In this document: piece by piece, positions 9,568 through 20,603 of the stretch | Layout: each line of letters starts with the position of its first letter | How positions within the stretch are numbered: position 1 is the stretch's first letter | Assembly (NCBI GenBank): GCA_048939015.1 | Contig: JBHLPW010000030.1 | Location: forward strand, 1-57,538 | Direction of reading: 5' to 3' | DNA: 57,538 bases | Source of the DNA: Promethearchaeota archaeon | Lineage (GTDB): Archaea > Asgardarchaeota > Lokiarchaeia > Sigyniarchaeales > SOKP01 | The notes under the pieces: generated by a model | The model's input: only the letters and a program-made list of their open reading frames with translations | Told to the model about the DNA's origin: nothing | Databases searched by the model: none | Made by a program: the position numbers and the translations under genes

Positions 9568-10677
9568 CTAATTTTCCTCTGTTATAACTTTCCTTGGCTT
9601 GTAAATCTTGAAATAGAACACAATTGAAATTACTGTTACTGTCGCTATAACTGCTATAATTATTGTTAAATAAAACAGAAAATCATAATCGCCATTTTGA
9701 GGTGTTTCGCTAACTTCAAGAATTAGTAAACCTCCTGCTTGAGCCACGTACACGTATTCATCATCAACATCTATATCATGTGCAGCACCAACTCCGCTTG
9801 TACGTTGCGCTATTTCAACGATCGAATTAGGATTACTAATATTAAAAATTTCTACACCAGAGTTATCAGCCACATAAAGGTATCCATTTCTTTCAATTAG
9901 CCCTAACTCTTCTCCTCCATCATTATCATCATAAGAATCAAGCATTAATGGTGCAGTTGGATTAGAAATATCAATGACTCTTATTCCCGCTCCCCAACAC
10001 GCTAAAAATAAAGTATCATTTGTGATATGGATATCATTACCTCCACCTGTTTGTGAGACTGTTCTTACAAGTTGAGGAGTACTTGGATTAGAAACACTTA
10101 CTACTTTTAATCCCTGTTCTGCATTTGCATAATAAACAAAATTATCTTTAAATTCTATAGCATCACATCTGGGATCACTATATGCACCAACAAGAACAGG
10201 ATTAGTAGAATCACTAATATTTAAAATTGTAAATCCTCCGTTGAAATCACCTACATAAGCATAGGGGTCTGAAACTGCAATTCTATATGCCCCTCCGCTA
10301 TATTGACCTAATTGGACTGGGTTTGTGGGATTTGATATATCTGCAATAATCATACCATTTGAAACTGAAGCAATATATACTAAATTGCTACTAACATCAA
10401 TTCCAAAGGCACCTCCACATAAGAGCTCGCCTACTTTATTAGGATTACTTGGGTTGGAAACATCAATGACCATCAAACCATCATTATTCGTTACGTAGGC
10501 ATAATTACCATGGACTTGAACATCATATCCAACTTCTATATCACACATACCCACACTATTCAAATATAATGTTTGGGATGTTTGAGCTCTGCAATTTATT
10601 GAAAGAAAAGGAATGGCTAATGTTAAAATTACTATGGAAGTGATAACTAATTTTTTATATCCTAATTTAAATATCAT
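9568..10677 (-). CDS. LVIVD-repeat beta-propeller surface protein with signal peptide and C-terminal TM anchor
   Basis: Repeats such as YAYV...GLMVIDVSNPSNP; hydrophobic N- and C-termini. Confidence 0.9.
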   Translation of the reverse strand: MIFKLGYKKLVITSIVILTLAIPFLSINCRAQTSQTLYLNSVGMCDIEVGYDVQVHGNYAYVTNNDGLMVIDVSNPSNPNKVGELLCGGAFGIDVSSNLVYIASVSNGMIIADISNPTNPVQLGQYSGGAYRIAVSDPYAYVGDFNGGFTILNISDSTNPVLVGAYSDPRCDAIEFKDNFVYYANAEQGLKVVSVSNPSTPQLVRTVSQTGGGNDIHITNDTLFLACWGAGIRVIDISNPTAPLMLDSYDDNDGGEELGLIERNGYLYVADNSGVEIFNISNPNSIVEIAQRTSGVGAAHDIDVDDEYVYVAQAGGLLILEVSETPQNGDYDFLFYLTIIIAVIATVTVISIVFYFKIYKPRKVITEEN

Positions 10678-10954
10678 TATTCTATTCCCATAATTAAAAA
10701 TTTTTTTACTCTTAAACTTTGGACTAAAAATAATATTCAGACATTGGATTAGGATTATATAAAATTTATCTTAGATATGAGTAGTTGTTGAGATAATGAA
10801 ATTAAAAATAATTATTCGAGTGAGTAGGTTCTATTCCAAAAAAAATTAGGTTTAAATTAGTAATTACCCGCCCTATTTTTTTATAGTTTATTAAATTAAA
10901 CTTTAAATTTTGCCTTTTATAAAATCTCATATTAAAATTAAAAAAGATGATAAT

Positions 10955-12025
10955 ATGGAATACGACACAGCAACTAATAATGTTCCAATTGTTAAAAGTT
11001 TGGCATTCAAGGTTTGGATAGGACTTCTTATATTCACAGTAGTAGAAATAATTCTTATTTTTTATCTTGAACCTTTATTGCGGATAAATTTCCCTCCCCT
11101 GAATCCCGATACAGGTCCCGCAGATTATTATTGGAAATTAAATGAACGGGATGTCCTGACTATGATCATTACCTGGACATTTTATGGATTGCATCAACTC
11201 TCTGTCTGGTTAGTGATCTATTGGGCTAATAGAAATTATCGCAGAAAAACACTAGATGAAAAAAAGTTAGTAATATATATAGGGATAATGGCAGTATTAC
11301 TAGTTGGATTTACACTCCTTCATTTAATTCAAACTCAAGTATGGTATGATGGTCTTGCTCAGGATGTTCCTATTATAACAAGTCAAGGAAGTGTAATTGT
11401 AATGCTTTCAATTCTCTTAGTCATGCAAAATCCTAAACGTGGTTTGTTTTTTGGAAGAAAAGAGAAAAAGTTAATGCGACCTGAAGTTGCAAAAACCTTC
11501 ATGACGAGTCATCAAATTATCTTCAGTTGGGCATTAGTGTACACTTTCTGGTTCCATCCAATGGATTCATCTCCAGCCTTGCTCAGTGGTTTCTTCTTCA
11601 TGGGACTCTTGTTTATCCAGATGACCTTAGCATATACACGCATTCATATCAATAAATGGTGGGTATTAGTCGTGGAGTCTTATGTTGTTATCCATGCAAC
11701 TATTGTGGCTATTGCACAATGGCTCGATTTTGGTGCAGACCCACCCATGTGGCCTATGTTCCTACTTGGATTTCTCGCGATGCTTGTGTTCACCTATATT
11801 CATGGTTTAGGTTTGAAAAATTGGTTACGATGGGCTCTAGTTATTGCTTATTTCGTATTTCTAATTTTCATATATGTTCCATTACCTTTTGGTTTTGGGC
11901 GAGAAATCACGTATCTCCTTAGACTCGAGTTTCTCTGGATTCCCATAATATTATACCTTATCGCATTCATTGCTGCTGCTTGTGCTCATGTTTACCTTAT
12001 TATAAAAAAAAGGAAAAGAAGTTAG
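10955..12025 (+). CDS. conserved polytopic membrane protein of unknown function, His-rich
   Basis: About 9-10 TM; YGLHQ, LHLIQTQVWYDGLAQDVP, FWFHP, VIHA motifs; ATG 10955 preferred over TTG 10910. Confidence 0.7.
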   Translation: MEYDTATNNVPIVKSLAFKVWIGLLIFTVVEIILIFYLEPLLRINFPPLNPDTGPADYYWKLNERDVLTMIITWTFYGLHQLSVWLVIYWANRNYRRKTLDEKKLVIYIGIMAVLLVGFTLLHLIQTQVWYDGLAQDVPIITSQGSVIVMLSILLVMQNPKRGLFFGRKEKKLMRPEVAKTFMTSHQIIFSWALVYTFWFHPMDSSPALLSGFFFMGLLFIQMTLAYTRIHINKWWVLVVESYVVIHATIVAIAQWLDFGADPPMWPMFLLGFLAMLVFTYIHGLGLKNWLRWALVIAYFVFLIFIYVPLPFGFGREITYLLRLEFLWIPIILYLIAFIAAACAHVYLIIKKRKRS

Positions 12026-12113
12026 TTATAATTCCTTTTTATAAGGCATTCAGTTCATAGAATAATAATATATTAACAATAGCTACATATGGCTTAGTTA
12101 ATTCCATATTACC

Positions 12114-12716
12114 ATGAATGAAATAAGCAATTTAATTGAACAAGGATATAATAAAATCGCTGAAGATTATTATACTCAGAGAGATTTAAATAAATTTAAT
12201 ACTGAATTAGAAACATTCTCTTCTCTTCTGCCTGAAAATGCTAGTATATTGGATGCGGGATGTGGTGCAGGAATTCCTACCGCGAAATTCTTAGTAGAAA
12301 AAGGATTCAATGTGATAGGTATTGATTTATCTGACAAAATGCTTAGTTTAGCTCGTAAAAATACACCAGATGCTACATTTCTTAAAATGGATATTAATGA
12401 CATCACTTTTAATAAAAACACTTTTGATGGAATTATCAGTGTATACACCCTTTTCCACATTCCGAGAGGAAATCATCAAGAAATATTTCGCAGGTTTTAT
12501 GAAATTTTAAAACCAGGTGGAGTGATAATGCTCAACATAGGAATAGCTGAATCTGAAGGAAAAAGTATCTTTTTTGGAGTTCCAATATTTTGGAGTAACT
12601 ATAATCCAAAAACCACCTTAGATCTTGTAAAAAAAGCAGGATTCTCAATCATCTTCGAAGGTGTATTAGAAAGAGGTGGAGAATTACAATATTGGATTTA
12701 TGGAAAAAAGGATTAA
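12114..12716 (+). CDS. class I SAM-dependent methyltransferase
   Basis: ILDAGCGAG, GIDLS, FDGIIS, LKPGG. Confidence 0.9.
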   Translation: MNEISNLIEQGYNKIAEDYYTQRDLNKFNTELETFSSLLPENASILDAGCGAGIPTAKFLVEKGFNVIGIDLSDKMLSLARKNTPDATFLKMDINDITFNKNTFDGIISVYTLFHIPRGNHQEIFRRFYEILKPGGVIMLNIGIAESEGKSIFFGVPIFWSNYNPKTTLDLVKKAGFSIIFEGVLERGGELQYWIYGKKD

Positions 12717-12741
12717 ATTAAATGAAAATAAGTGTGGAATT

Positions 12742-13002
12742 ATGAGTGAAAAAGAAAATAAAAGATTCATAACTGCTGAAAAAGTCATTTTATCTACTGG
12801 TATTTTACTTTTTATTCTGTCTTTTATAAGCGAATTCAATTTCCATTATTTTCAAGGATTTATGCCAGAATTTGTCGATGAAGATATTTTCTGGAGAGCT
12901 GAGGCGGCTGAGGTTTTCAATTCTATGAGTTTTCTTCTTATAGGGATTGCACTAATTATCATTGCTTTTTTCCTTTCGAAAAAACGTAGAAAATCTTACT
13001 AG
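12742..13002 (+). CDS. small two-TM membrane protein
   Basis: ATG 12742 (MSEKENK) avoids overlap with the previous gene; two hydrophobic helices. Confidence 0.6.
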   Translation: MSEKENKRFITAEKVILSTGILLFILSFISEFNFHYFQGFMPEFVDEDIFWRAEAAEVFNSMSFLLIGIALIIIAFFLSKKRRKSY

Positions 13003-13057
13003 TTTTTAAAAGCAATATTCTTTATTCTAAATATTCATCTAATTTAGGAACATTTTA

Positions 13058-14251
13058 ATGTCATCTGACATCAAACTCCAGAATTGGCGTTTTTGGCCTG
13101 TTATATTAATGGCTTTTTCTTATACTATTAATGGGTCATTAATTATGTTAGGGATTCCACTTTTATTTTATCAAAAGGGAGTTAGTATAGAAATCATAGG
13201 TTTATTATCCGCAGCTCAGATTATCGCTTATTGTTTTTCACCACTACTTTTTAATAAGGTATCTGATAAACTTGGTAGAAAAAGAAGTGTAATACTATCG
13301 ATGGTCGGAGTTAGTATTTGCCAAATTACATATTTATTCATCTTAGAACCGATAGTCTTTTTTATTGTACGATTCACTGAAGGTTTATTTTTAGGGTTCT
13401 TTGCACCAAATTTACAGGCATCAATATCAGACAATCCCAGCTTGGATCATAGTAAATATTTATCAAGATTTAGTCTTTCATTTAATTCAGGAAGTCTAGC
13501 TGGGCTGCTTTTTGGAACGCTCTTCTTATTTTTTATAGATAATATTTTGTTAGTGTTCTATATTGCACCACTAATGATAATAGCTAATTCAGTCATTGCA
13601 ATAATTTTCTTTCAAGAATCTACACAAAAAGATGAAACCAGTTCGATATTAAATAGTATTCCCACATCAAATGAAGTTAAATATCATATTCCAGTAATTA
13701 TACCAATAGTAATTTTATTTGGCTTTTCTTTTGCAACTGGAAGCGTCTATTTTATATATCCAATAAAATCAGAAATTTTAGGATTTCCCCCTTACAGCAC
13801 ATATTTCTTATCTTTTTTCTTCTCGTTAGCTCAAACAATTTCAACATATATGGCAAGTCTTTGGACTACTAAAAGATTAAGATTAATGTCTTTAATTTCA
13901 ATAATTCTTATCTCCCTACTAATAATAGCTTTCGGTATAAATGAATACTTTTTAGGTTTTATTATACTTTTTGTTGTAATTGGACTTTCTGCTGGAGTTT
14001 TGTATGGAAGTGCTTTAAAATTTTTCATGATCCTAAACTTAACTAAGCAGACTTCCAAGTATTCTAGTTTTATGGAAAGTCTAACCGGAATATCTTACTT
14101 TACTACGCAAATTACCGCGGGAATTATTGGTGGATTAGCACTGGAACTTGCCTTTTTTACACTTGCAATAATCCTAATAGGAATTTTTATTTTATATCTC
14201 CTCTGTATAAAAAAAATATATATCATATCTAACAATAAAAAAGATGATTAA
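13058..14251 (+). CDS. MFS transporter
   Basis: About 12 TM; motif A NKVSDKLGRK; VRFTEG. Confidence 0.9.
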   Translation: MSSDIKLQNWRFWPVILMAFSYTINGSLIMLGIPLLFYQKGVSIEIIGLLSAAQIIAYCFSPLLFNKVSDKLGRKRSVILSMVGVSICQITYLFILEPIVFFIVRFTEGLFLGFFAPNLQASISDNPSLDHSKYLSRFSLSFNSGSLAGLLFGTLFLFFIDNILLVFYIAPLMIIANSVIAIIFFQESTQKDETSSILNSIPTSNEVKYHIPVIIPIVILFGFSFATGSVYFIYPIKSEILGFPPYSTYFLSFFFSLAQTISTYMASLWTTKRLRLMSLISIILISLLIIAFGINEYFLGFIILFVVIGLSAGVLYGSALKFFMILNLTKQTSKYSSFMESLTGISYFTTQITAGIIGGLALELAFFTLAIILIGIFILYLLCIKKIYIISNNKKDD

Positions 14252-14253
14252 AT

Positions 14254-15480
14254 TTGAAACGCATTCATTCACTTGATCTATTCAGAGGTTTTGCAATAAT
14301 GATGGTCGTTGTTTTACATAGACTTGTATTTGATTGGACTGGAGCAGCAACATGGTTCGAGGCAAGTAATCCGCTCGTAGAATATCCTTGGTTTTCTATA
14401 ATAATGTTCTTCATTGGGATGGGAGGGATTTTCTCTCTTATAAGCGGGATCGTAACCTCATATTCAACGCATAATAGGTTAACTACCCACCAAAACACTA
14501 TAAAACAGATAATGATTGGATCTCTAATCTCATTCTTGTGGTTAGAATTTTTACATTTTTTGTACGGATTTGTATTTGCTCCATTTGGATTTGGTCCCGA
14601 AACCAGTTATGGATTTTTTATAGCATTGCTTCGAGGTGCTCCATTATCAATTCCTTCTAGAGAAGCTCTCTTATATGCAGGACCCCTTCCTATAATTGGA
14701 ATCTCAGGATTAGTAGTGCCAATTTTAATATATATTGTATTAAGGAAAAAGGGAGTAGAAAAGATTAGACGCAACAAAATCATTATAGGCATCATTGCGA
14801 CCACAATCCTCATCCTATCAATCTTTTTACCTTCACTTTTAGAACCAATCATGTATAATGCTCTTGACAGTTATAATTATCCCTTAGCCATTGGTTTAGG
14901 TATCTTGATTCATCGAGATTTTCCTATCTTTCCAATTCTTAGTTTTGCTATTTATGGTTCAATTTTGGGAGTTTCATTAGTGAGGGGAGAAGATAATCGC
15001 AATATTATAAAACAATGGTTAATATTTGCTTCGATTATTATTACATTTGGAGTTATATTGCTATTTATCTTTCTTTCAAATTCACTTGTCGCTTGGAATT
15101 TTATTAGGTTTATTCAATTGGGAGTATATTTCCTCATAATAATTGTTCTCCTTAACGCAATTGATTTCAAACCTGAAGAAAAACAAGAGAAGATCTTAAG
15201 GAAATCTACCTTAATAATGTGGTTTGGAAGGACTTCTTTAACTATATTGGTACTTGAAGTTCCTCTTGCAGAATTGTTTCGCCTAGTACTCAACTTGATA
15301 TATCCTGGTTGGGTTAATGATTTTATCGCATGCGTTCTATTTGGACTTTTTAATTTGATTATATGGGGAATAATCCTATTCTTTTGGAAGAATAAAAACT
15401 TCAAAGGTTCTTTAGAGTGGATTGGAGCCCAATTAGTAAAAAAGACTTCTGGACGTGCAAAGAAAATTAGAAGTCAATAA
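14254..15480 (+). CDS. membrane acyltransferase-like protein (HGSNAT/DUF1624-like)
   Basis: N-terminal RIHSLDLFRGFAIMMVVVLH; GRTSLTI; GSLEW; TTG start. Confidence 0.75.
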   Translation: MKRIHSLDLFRGFAIMMVVVLHRLVFDWTGAATWFEASNPLVEYPWFSIIMFFIGMGGIFSLISGIVTSYSTHNRLTTHQNTIKQIMIGSLISFLWLEFLHFLYGFVFAPFGFGPETSYGFFIALLRGAPLSIPSREALLYAGPLPIIGISGLVVPILIYIVLRKKGVEKIRRNKIIIGIIATTILILSIFLPSLLEPIMYNALDSYNYPLAIGLGILIHRDFPIFPILSFAIYGSILGVSLVRGEDNRNIIKQWLIFASIIITFGVILLFIFLSNSLVAWNFIRFIQLGVYFLIIIVLLNAIDFKPEEKQEKILRKSTLIMWFGRTSLTILVLEVPLAELFRLVLNLIYPGWVNDFIACVLFGLFNLIIWGIILFFWKNKNFKGSLEWIGAQLVKKTSGRAKKIRSQ

Positions 15481-15712
15481 TTTTTTTCTTTAATTATATT
15501 TAAAATCTGATGTATTCTTACATAATAAGATAGAAAAATTGGATTTAGACTCTTCTTCTCTAATTACTTATATATCCTTAACTGAAAGGTTTTTACCGTA
15601 GTAAGGAGCAAGACTATTAAAGTCAGAATAAAAAACAACATAAAAAGACTGTTAAATATATATGGAAGTTTCTACAATTAAAAATGTATAATTAAAACAT
15701 AAAGGTGTTAAT

Positions 15713-16456
15713 ATGGAATTTGAAACAATTATATATGAAACTATTAAAAAAATTGGCTATATAATCTTAAATCGACCAGAAAAACATAACGCATTGAATT
15801 TTCAACTTCTCGATGAGTTAGACACAGTATTTGATTATGCTGAAGCAGATAATAAAGCTAAAGTAATTGTGTTAAAAGCAAACGGTAAAAGTTTCTGTTC
15901 TGGGTTTGATCTTAAAGAGTCATATTATATGACCGTACCAGAAGGAGGTTGGAAATATAAAAATTCATATGAAATTCTAAATAAAAAGATATATGCAAAA
16001 TATCCGCGTATATTTGATTTTCCGAAACCTACAATTGCCCAAATCCACGGATATTGTACCGATGCAGGATGTTATCTACAACTTCTATGTGATATCTCAG
16101 TTACTGCTGATGATGCTATCTTTGGACATCCTGCCCAGAAATGGGGAGGCGCGGGGAGTATGCCCCTATGGCAGTTCTATTTAGGGGTTAAAAAAGCCCG
16201 ATATTTATTAATGACTGGTCGAACAATAACGGGAAAAGAAGCTGAACAAATAGGGCTCGTTAGCTTAAGTGTGCCACGAGAAAAATTGGAAGAAGAAGTA
16301 AACAAAATTGCTACAGAAATTACTCAAATACCACCCGATGGTTTTTTACATAACAAAATATGTATGAATACTGATTTAAAAATTAGAGGAATTGATGCAT
16401 TATTCGATTATTATGGCCAAATGAATCGCTTTAGTCGATTTGTTTTTGGAAAATAA
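15713..16456 (+). CDS. enoyl-CoA hydratase/isomerase (crotonase) family
   Basis: LNRPEKHNAL, FCSGFDL, PKPTIAQIHGYC, TGRTITGKEAEQIGLV. Confidence 0.9.
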   Translation: MEFETIIYETIKKIGYIILNRPEKHNALNFQLLDELDTVFDYAEADNKAKVIVLKANGKSFCSGFDLKESYYMTVPEGGWKYKNSYEILNKKIYAKYPRIFDFPKPTIAQIHGYCTDAGCYLQLLCDISVTADDAIFGHPAQKWGGAGSMPLWQFYLGVKKARYLLMTGRTITGKEAEQIGLVSLSVPREKLEEEVNKIATEITQIPPDGFLHNKICMNTDLKIRGIDALFDYYGQMNRFSRFVFGK

Positions 16457-16637
16457 TTCTATTGAAAGAAAAGACTGTAAAACATTGGGTTTATTCGTAA
16501 GAAAATTCAGTTTTATTTTTATTAAGTTCTTGATAAATATAATTTATAGATCGAGGACTAATAATCTATATTTGCCAAAATTGTCAAAATATTATATTTC
16601 CCCTAGAATTGAATAGTATATAAGTAATTAGTATAGG

Positions 16638-19600
16638 ATGATAGAAGGCGAAAATTTACAGTCTATTTTAGATCAGGCAGTTAAAGAAGAAAAAGAGTAT
16701 AACTGGATAGCGGCAGCAAACTTATATGAAAATGCATTGAATTTAATGGTTCTAGATGACAATATTAGTAAAAAGGGGGAAATTTGTAAAAGACTTGGAT
16801 ATTCAAGTTCGAGATCTGCTAATCAAGCAGAATCTGCTATACAATATAAAGATTTTATAAATCTTGCTAAAGAAGCTTACGAGAAAGCCGCAGATTGTTT
16901 TCGTGATGCTCAAAAAAAAGCACTCGAATTAGAATGTCGCGCTGAAGTTTACCATAATTCGGCAATTATAGCAAAAACAAAAAAACAGGCGCGAGAGGAA
17001 TTTGAAAAATCCATCGAATTTTTTAAAATGACTAGTGAAGTTTTTTCTGATGACGGTGATCAGTATAGTGTTGCAAGGGTTTTAGCTCGAGCTGCGAGAA
17101 CCTCATGGCTTTTGGTGACGAATTGCAGGCAACACGATGATGTAATACGATATAAAAAATCAGGAATAGCTATATCCGAAAAAGCATTGAAGATTGCTAT
17201 GGAAGTTAAAAACCTTGAAGCAATAGAAGAATCAATCGTAAATTTAGGTTTTATTAAGTATGCTTTTGACCTGTGGACTGGTCCGTTTAGTTTTAATGGG
17301 CAAACAAAATATGAATTTGAAAGTATTTTATTAACTATGGAAGAAATTCTTTTACTTACTGAAGATTGTAATAACTACGAGATCTTGGCAAGAATCTATT
17401 TTATATATGCTAATGCGATATTTCATCTTGCAACAAGGTTTACAGAGGGTGTTAAGGAACAAAAACAATATTTTGACAAAGGCTTTCACTTCGTTGAAAA
17501 ATCTTTAGAATTGGCCAGGACCATAAAAGATAAACTCTTATTAGTAAGAATTATATTTTGGTTGAATTATTTCACTAGTTTAGTAGGAAAATACAAGCTT
17601 ATTCAGAAAAGAATTGTGGGAGATGTCAAAGAAGTAGAAAAAATTGGAGTAATTTTTGAATTTTCAAATACACTTGGGTATTATTATTGTTATTCATTAC
17701 CTGCTATTTATTATGGTACTTTTGCACGTAGAAGCTTTATAAGCTTAGAGCAAAGAAAATTATTTACAATAAAAGGTATGGAATATGTTAAGAAATTGAT
17801 AGATCACGCTTCATTTGGTCCATTTTTATTAATGCATTATCAATTTTTATCGTATTTTTACTCTCAGTTAGTGTTATTCAGTTCAGAAAAGGAAGAACAG
17901 TATAAATTTTCACAAGAAATGCTTAATTTCGCCATAAAAGCGAAGGAAATGGGCGAAAAATACGAAGGGGGTATGGCACGTTCAGCAGGCTATTCTTCAC
18001 TTTATCGAGCATATAAGACCCTAGCAGATATCAGTAAGACTAAAGAAGAAAAAATTAAAATGCTAAGTGCCGCAATAAATGAAGCGGAGAATAATCTTAA
18101 ATTTATCGTAGAATCTCGAAGATTTATAATTACATATCGTATTCGATTGGGACTTCTTTATGAAGAATTAAGTATACTCACCGCAGATAAAGGTATATTA
18201 AACCAAGCAAAAACAATATTTCTTGATTTAATTAAAGAGACTTCAGAATGGGGTTTTCCTTACCATACAGCGAGTATATATGAGTATCTTGCCCATATTG
18301 AAGATAGACTAGGCAATCATTCAATTTCTGCTCAATATTATGAAAAGAGTGAAAAAGCTCATGAAATATCTTTAGAAAAGATAAAATACAAACCATTAAA
18401 ACATAAAATTAGTGACAGAATAGAGTATATCCGTGCATGGAGTTTAATTGAACGAGCTAAGTCCTTTCATAAAATGGAAGATCATATAAAAGCTAAAATG
18501 CATTATGAGCAAGCAAGTCAAAAGTTGGCTGAATTAAAGTCTTTTAGATACGAAGCAAAATACTATATTGCATGGTCTATGCTAGAAGAAGCAGAACTTT
18601 TTAGCAAGAAGGAAGAGCATGAAAAAGCAATTCAATTCTATGAAGAAACTGCAAATAAATTTAATGAAGCTATTGAAGATTTAAAGTTCAATAAGCAAAA
18701 GTCTAAAGATAAAACTCAATTGGATAGGATTGTTGATTTAATAAAAATCGCAAAGTTAAGAATTAGTTATTGCTCAGCTCGTAAAAATCTTGAGGAAGGA
18801 AAGCTATTAGCTAAGACAGGAGATAATTTAATAGCAGCTGATAAATTCTCATCAGCAGCTTCACAGTTTGTATCGATTTGTGAGTCTTTTAAAAATGAAA
18901 AGGAAAAAGCAGAGTTAGAAGCAGTTTATTATTTATGTAAAGCATGGGAGAGTATGGAATTAGCTGAAAAATATCAAGATGCCAAAAGATTTTCCAATTC
19001 CGCTGATCTCTTCAAGAAAGCTGGTGAATTATATACTGAGAGTAAATTGAAACTTCTCGCATCAGGTAATTCTAATATTTGTTTAGCTTTAGAATTCGGA
19101 TGTAATTTCGATCAAACCATAGATCAGACTTTAAGAGCTCAATTGTATCCTAAAATTAAATTAATGCTCCGGAATGCCACAGAGTCCTATAGAAAAGGTG
19201 GTTTTGATAAAGCAGCGGATTGGGCTTTTGCCACCTCTTCATATTTTGATGCTGCTTGGAATATTATTCAAGCAGATATAGAAACTGATCTGCAAAAGAA
19301 AACTCAATTGTTAGATTTGGGTTCAAATCTCTTGAAATCTACTGCAGAATTATTTGCTAAAGCTGGATATATAAGCAAGGAGAAGGAAATACTAATACAT
19401 GTTGAAATGGTTAAAAAAGAGGCACGAATCATTATTTCAGCGTTAAATACTATGAGTAAGCCTGATATTGCGAGAAGCACTACAGGTATCATAGCTCCCG
19501 CATGTCCATTAGAAACCAGTGTATCACCGAATTTAGGAGATATTCGACAAATTAGTGAAGATATTGAGAAAAGCAAAGAGGAAATTGTTAGTAGTGTAAA

Positions 19601-20477
19601 GAAATATCAACTAATTAATAAAGATATTTTACTTGAACATCCTGAACTTCAAAAAAACCAGTTTAAAGTAGGAATTGCTCAAATAGGAATCTCTAAATCA
19701 GGAGATATCATGACTGAACTCTTCGAGGTAAAAAAAAATGGTTTATTAGGAATTAAAAGTCAAAATATTAATGATATAAAGACACAAGTGAAAGATTTAA
19801 TTCAACAAGCAAAAGATGTTGGAATAAGTCTTTTAATATTTCCTGAGATGACTATCGATCTTAATTATAAAAATGTTCTCGATGAACTTTTAGAACTTTC
19901 AAAATCTTATGGAATATATATCGTTCCAGGATCGTATCACGATGAAAGTACAGAAAAGAATATAAGTATAATGATAAGTCCCAAGGGGATTATCTGGTCA
20001 CAAGAAAAACATATTCCTGCAATAATACATTTCGGTAAGGAAAAATTTAAAGAAGCAATTCAAACTGGTTCTCCACCTAGAAAAACTATTGTATGTAATA
20101 CTGAATATGGGCGGATAGCGATTACAATTTGTCGTGATTTTCTTGACATGGATCTTAGAGTAGAACTGAAAAATCACGAACCTCCCGTTGATATCATTAT
20201 CAATCCTGCCTTCACACCGGTTACTGCAGATTTTAAAGCAGCACACTTTGATGCAAGAAGATCAATTTTTGCGTATTGCTTTTTTGCTAATGTAGCAGAA
20301 TATGGCGAATCCTTTATTCATACTCCTGAAAAAGACAGAACTGAAAGAATACTTCCTTCTCAACAAGAAGGATTAATTTATAAAGATATAGATCTTTTCA
20401 AACTGCGATCGGAACGAAAAAAATGGGAAAAAGAACAGTTAAAAGAAAGACAATTCATCCAGAGTACGAGAACGTAA
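16638..20477 (+). CDS. giant TPR/SNAP-like helical-repeat protein with a C-terminal nitrilase (carbon-nitrogen hydrolase) domain
   Basis: About 950 aa of A/Y/E-rich helical repeats, then KVGIAQ, LIFPEMT, IVPGSYH, QEKHIP, ITICRDF, FANVAEYG (intact E-K-C triad). Confidence 0.85.
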   Translation: MIEGENLQSILDQAVKEEKEYNWIAAANLYENALNLMVLDDNISKKGEICKRLGYSSSRSANQAESAIQYKDFINLAKEAYEKAADCFRDAQKKALELECRAEVYHNSAIIAKTKKQAREEFEKSIEFFKMTSEVFSDDGDQYSVARVLARAARTSWLLVTNCRQHDDVIRYKKSGIAISEKALKIAMEVKNLEAIEESIVNLGFIKYAFDLWTGPFSFNGQTKYEFESILLTMEEILLLTEDCNNYEILARIYFIYANAIFHLATRFTEGVKEQKQYFDKGFHFVEKSLELARTIKDKLLLVRIIFWLNYFTSLVGKYKLIQKRIVGDVKEVEKIGVIFEFSNTLGYYYCYSLPAIYYGTFARRSFISLEQRKLFTIKGMEYVKKLIDHASFGPFLLMHYQFLSYFYSQLVLFSSEKEEQYKFSQEMLNFAIKAKEMGEKYEGGMARSAGYSSLYRAYKTLADISKTKEEKIKMLSAAINEAENNLKFIVESRRFIITYRIRLGLLYEELSILTADKGILNQAKTIFLDLIKETSEWGFPYHTASIYEYLAHIEDRLGNHSISAQYYEKSEKAHEISLEKIKYKPLKHKISDRIEYIRAWSLIERAKSFHKMEDHIKAKMHYEQASQKLAELKSFRYEAKYYIAWSMLEEAELFSKKEEHEKAIQFYEETANKFNEAIEDLKFNKQKSKDKTQLDRIVDLIKIAKLRISYCSARKNLEEGKLLAKTGDNLIAADKFSSAASQFVSICESFKNEKEKAELEAVYYLCKAWESMELAEKYQDAKRFSNSADLFKKAGELYTESKLKLLASGNSNICLALEFGCNFDQTIDQTLRAQLYPKIKLMLRNATESYRKGGFDKAADWAFATSSYFDAAWNIIQADIETDLQKKTQLLDLGSNLLKSTAELFAKAGYISKEKEILIHVEMVKKEARIIISALNTMSKPDIARSTTGIIAPACPLETSVSPNLGDIRQISEDIEKSKEEIVSSVKKYQLINKDILLEHPELQKNQFKVGIAQIGISKSGDIMTELFEVKKNGLLGIKSQNINDIKTQVKDLIQQAKDVGISLLIFPEMTIDLNYKNVLDELLELSKSYGIYIVPGSYHDESTEKNISIMISPKGIIWSQEKHIPAIIHFGKEKFKEAIQTGSPPRKTIVCNTEYGRIAITICRDFLDMDLRVELKNHEPPVDIIINPAFTPVTADFKAAHFDARRSIFAYCFFANVAEYGESFIHTPEKDRTERILPSQQEGLIYKDIDLFKLRSERKKWEKEQLKERQFIQSTRT

Positions 20478-20603
20478 GTTAAAAAACCCAGTTTTTATTT
20501 TATGGTATTCGAAAATAAAAACTTAAAAGTAAAAGAAATCTTATATTGAATTTGTCGTAATCCATTTCTTCAATCATAAATATAAAAGGTGAAAAGTTAA
20601 AAA

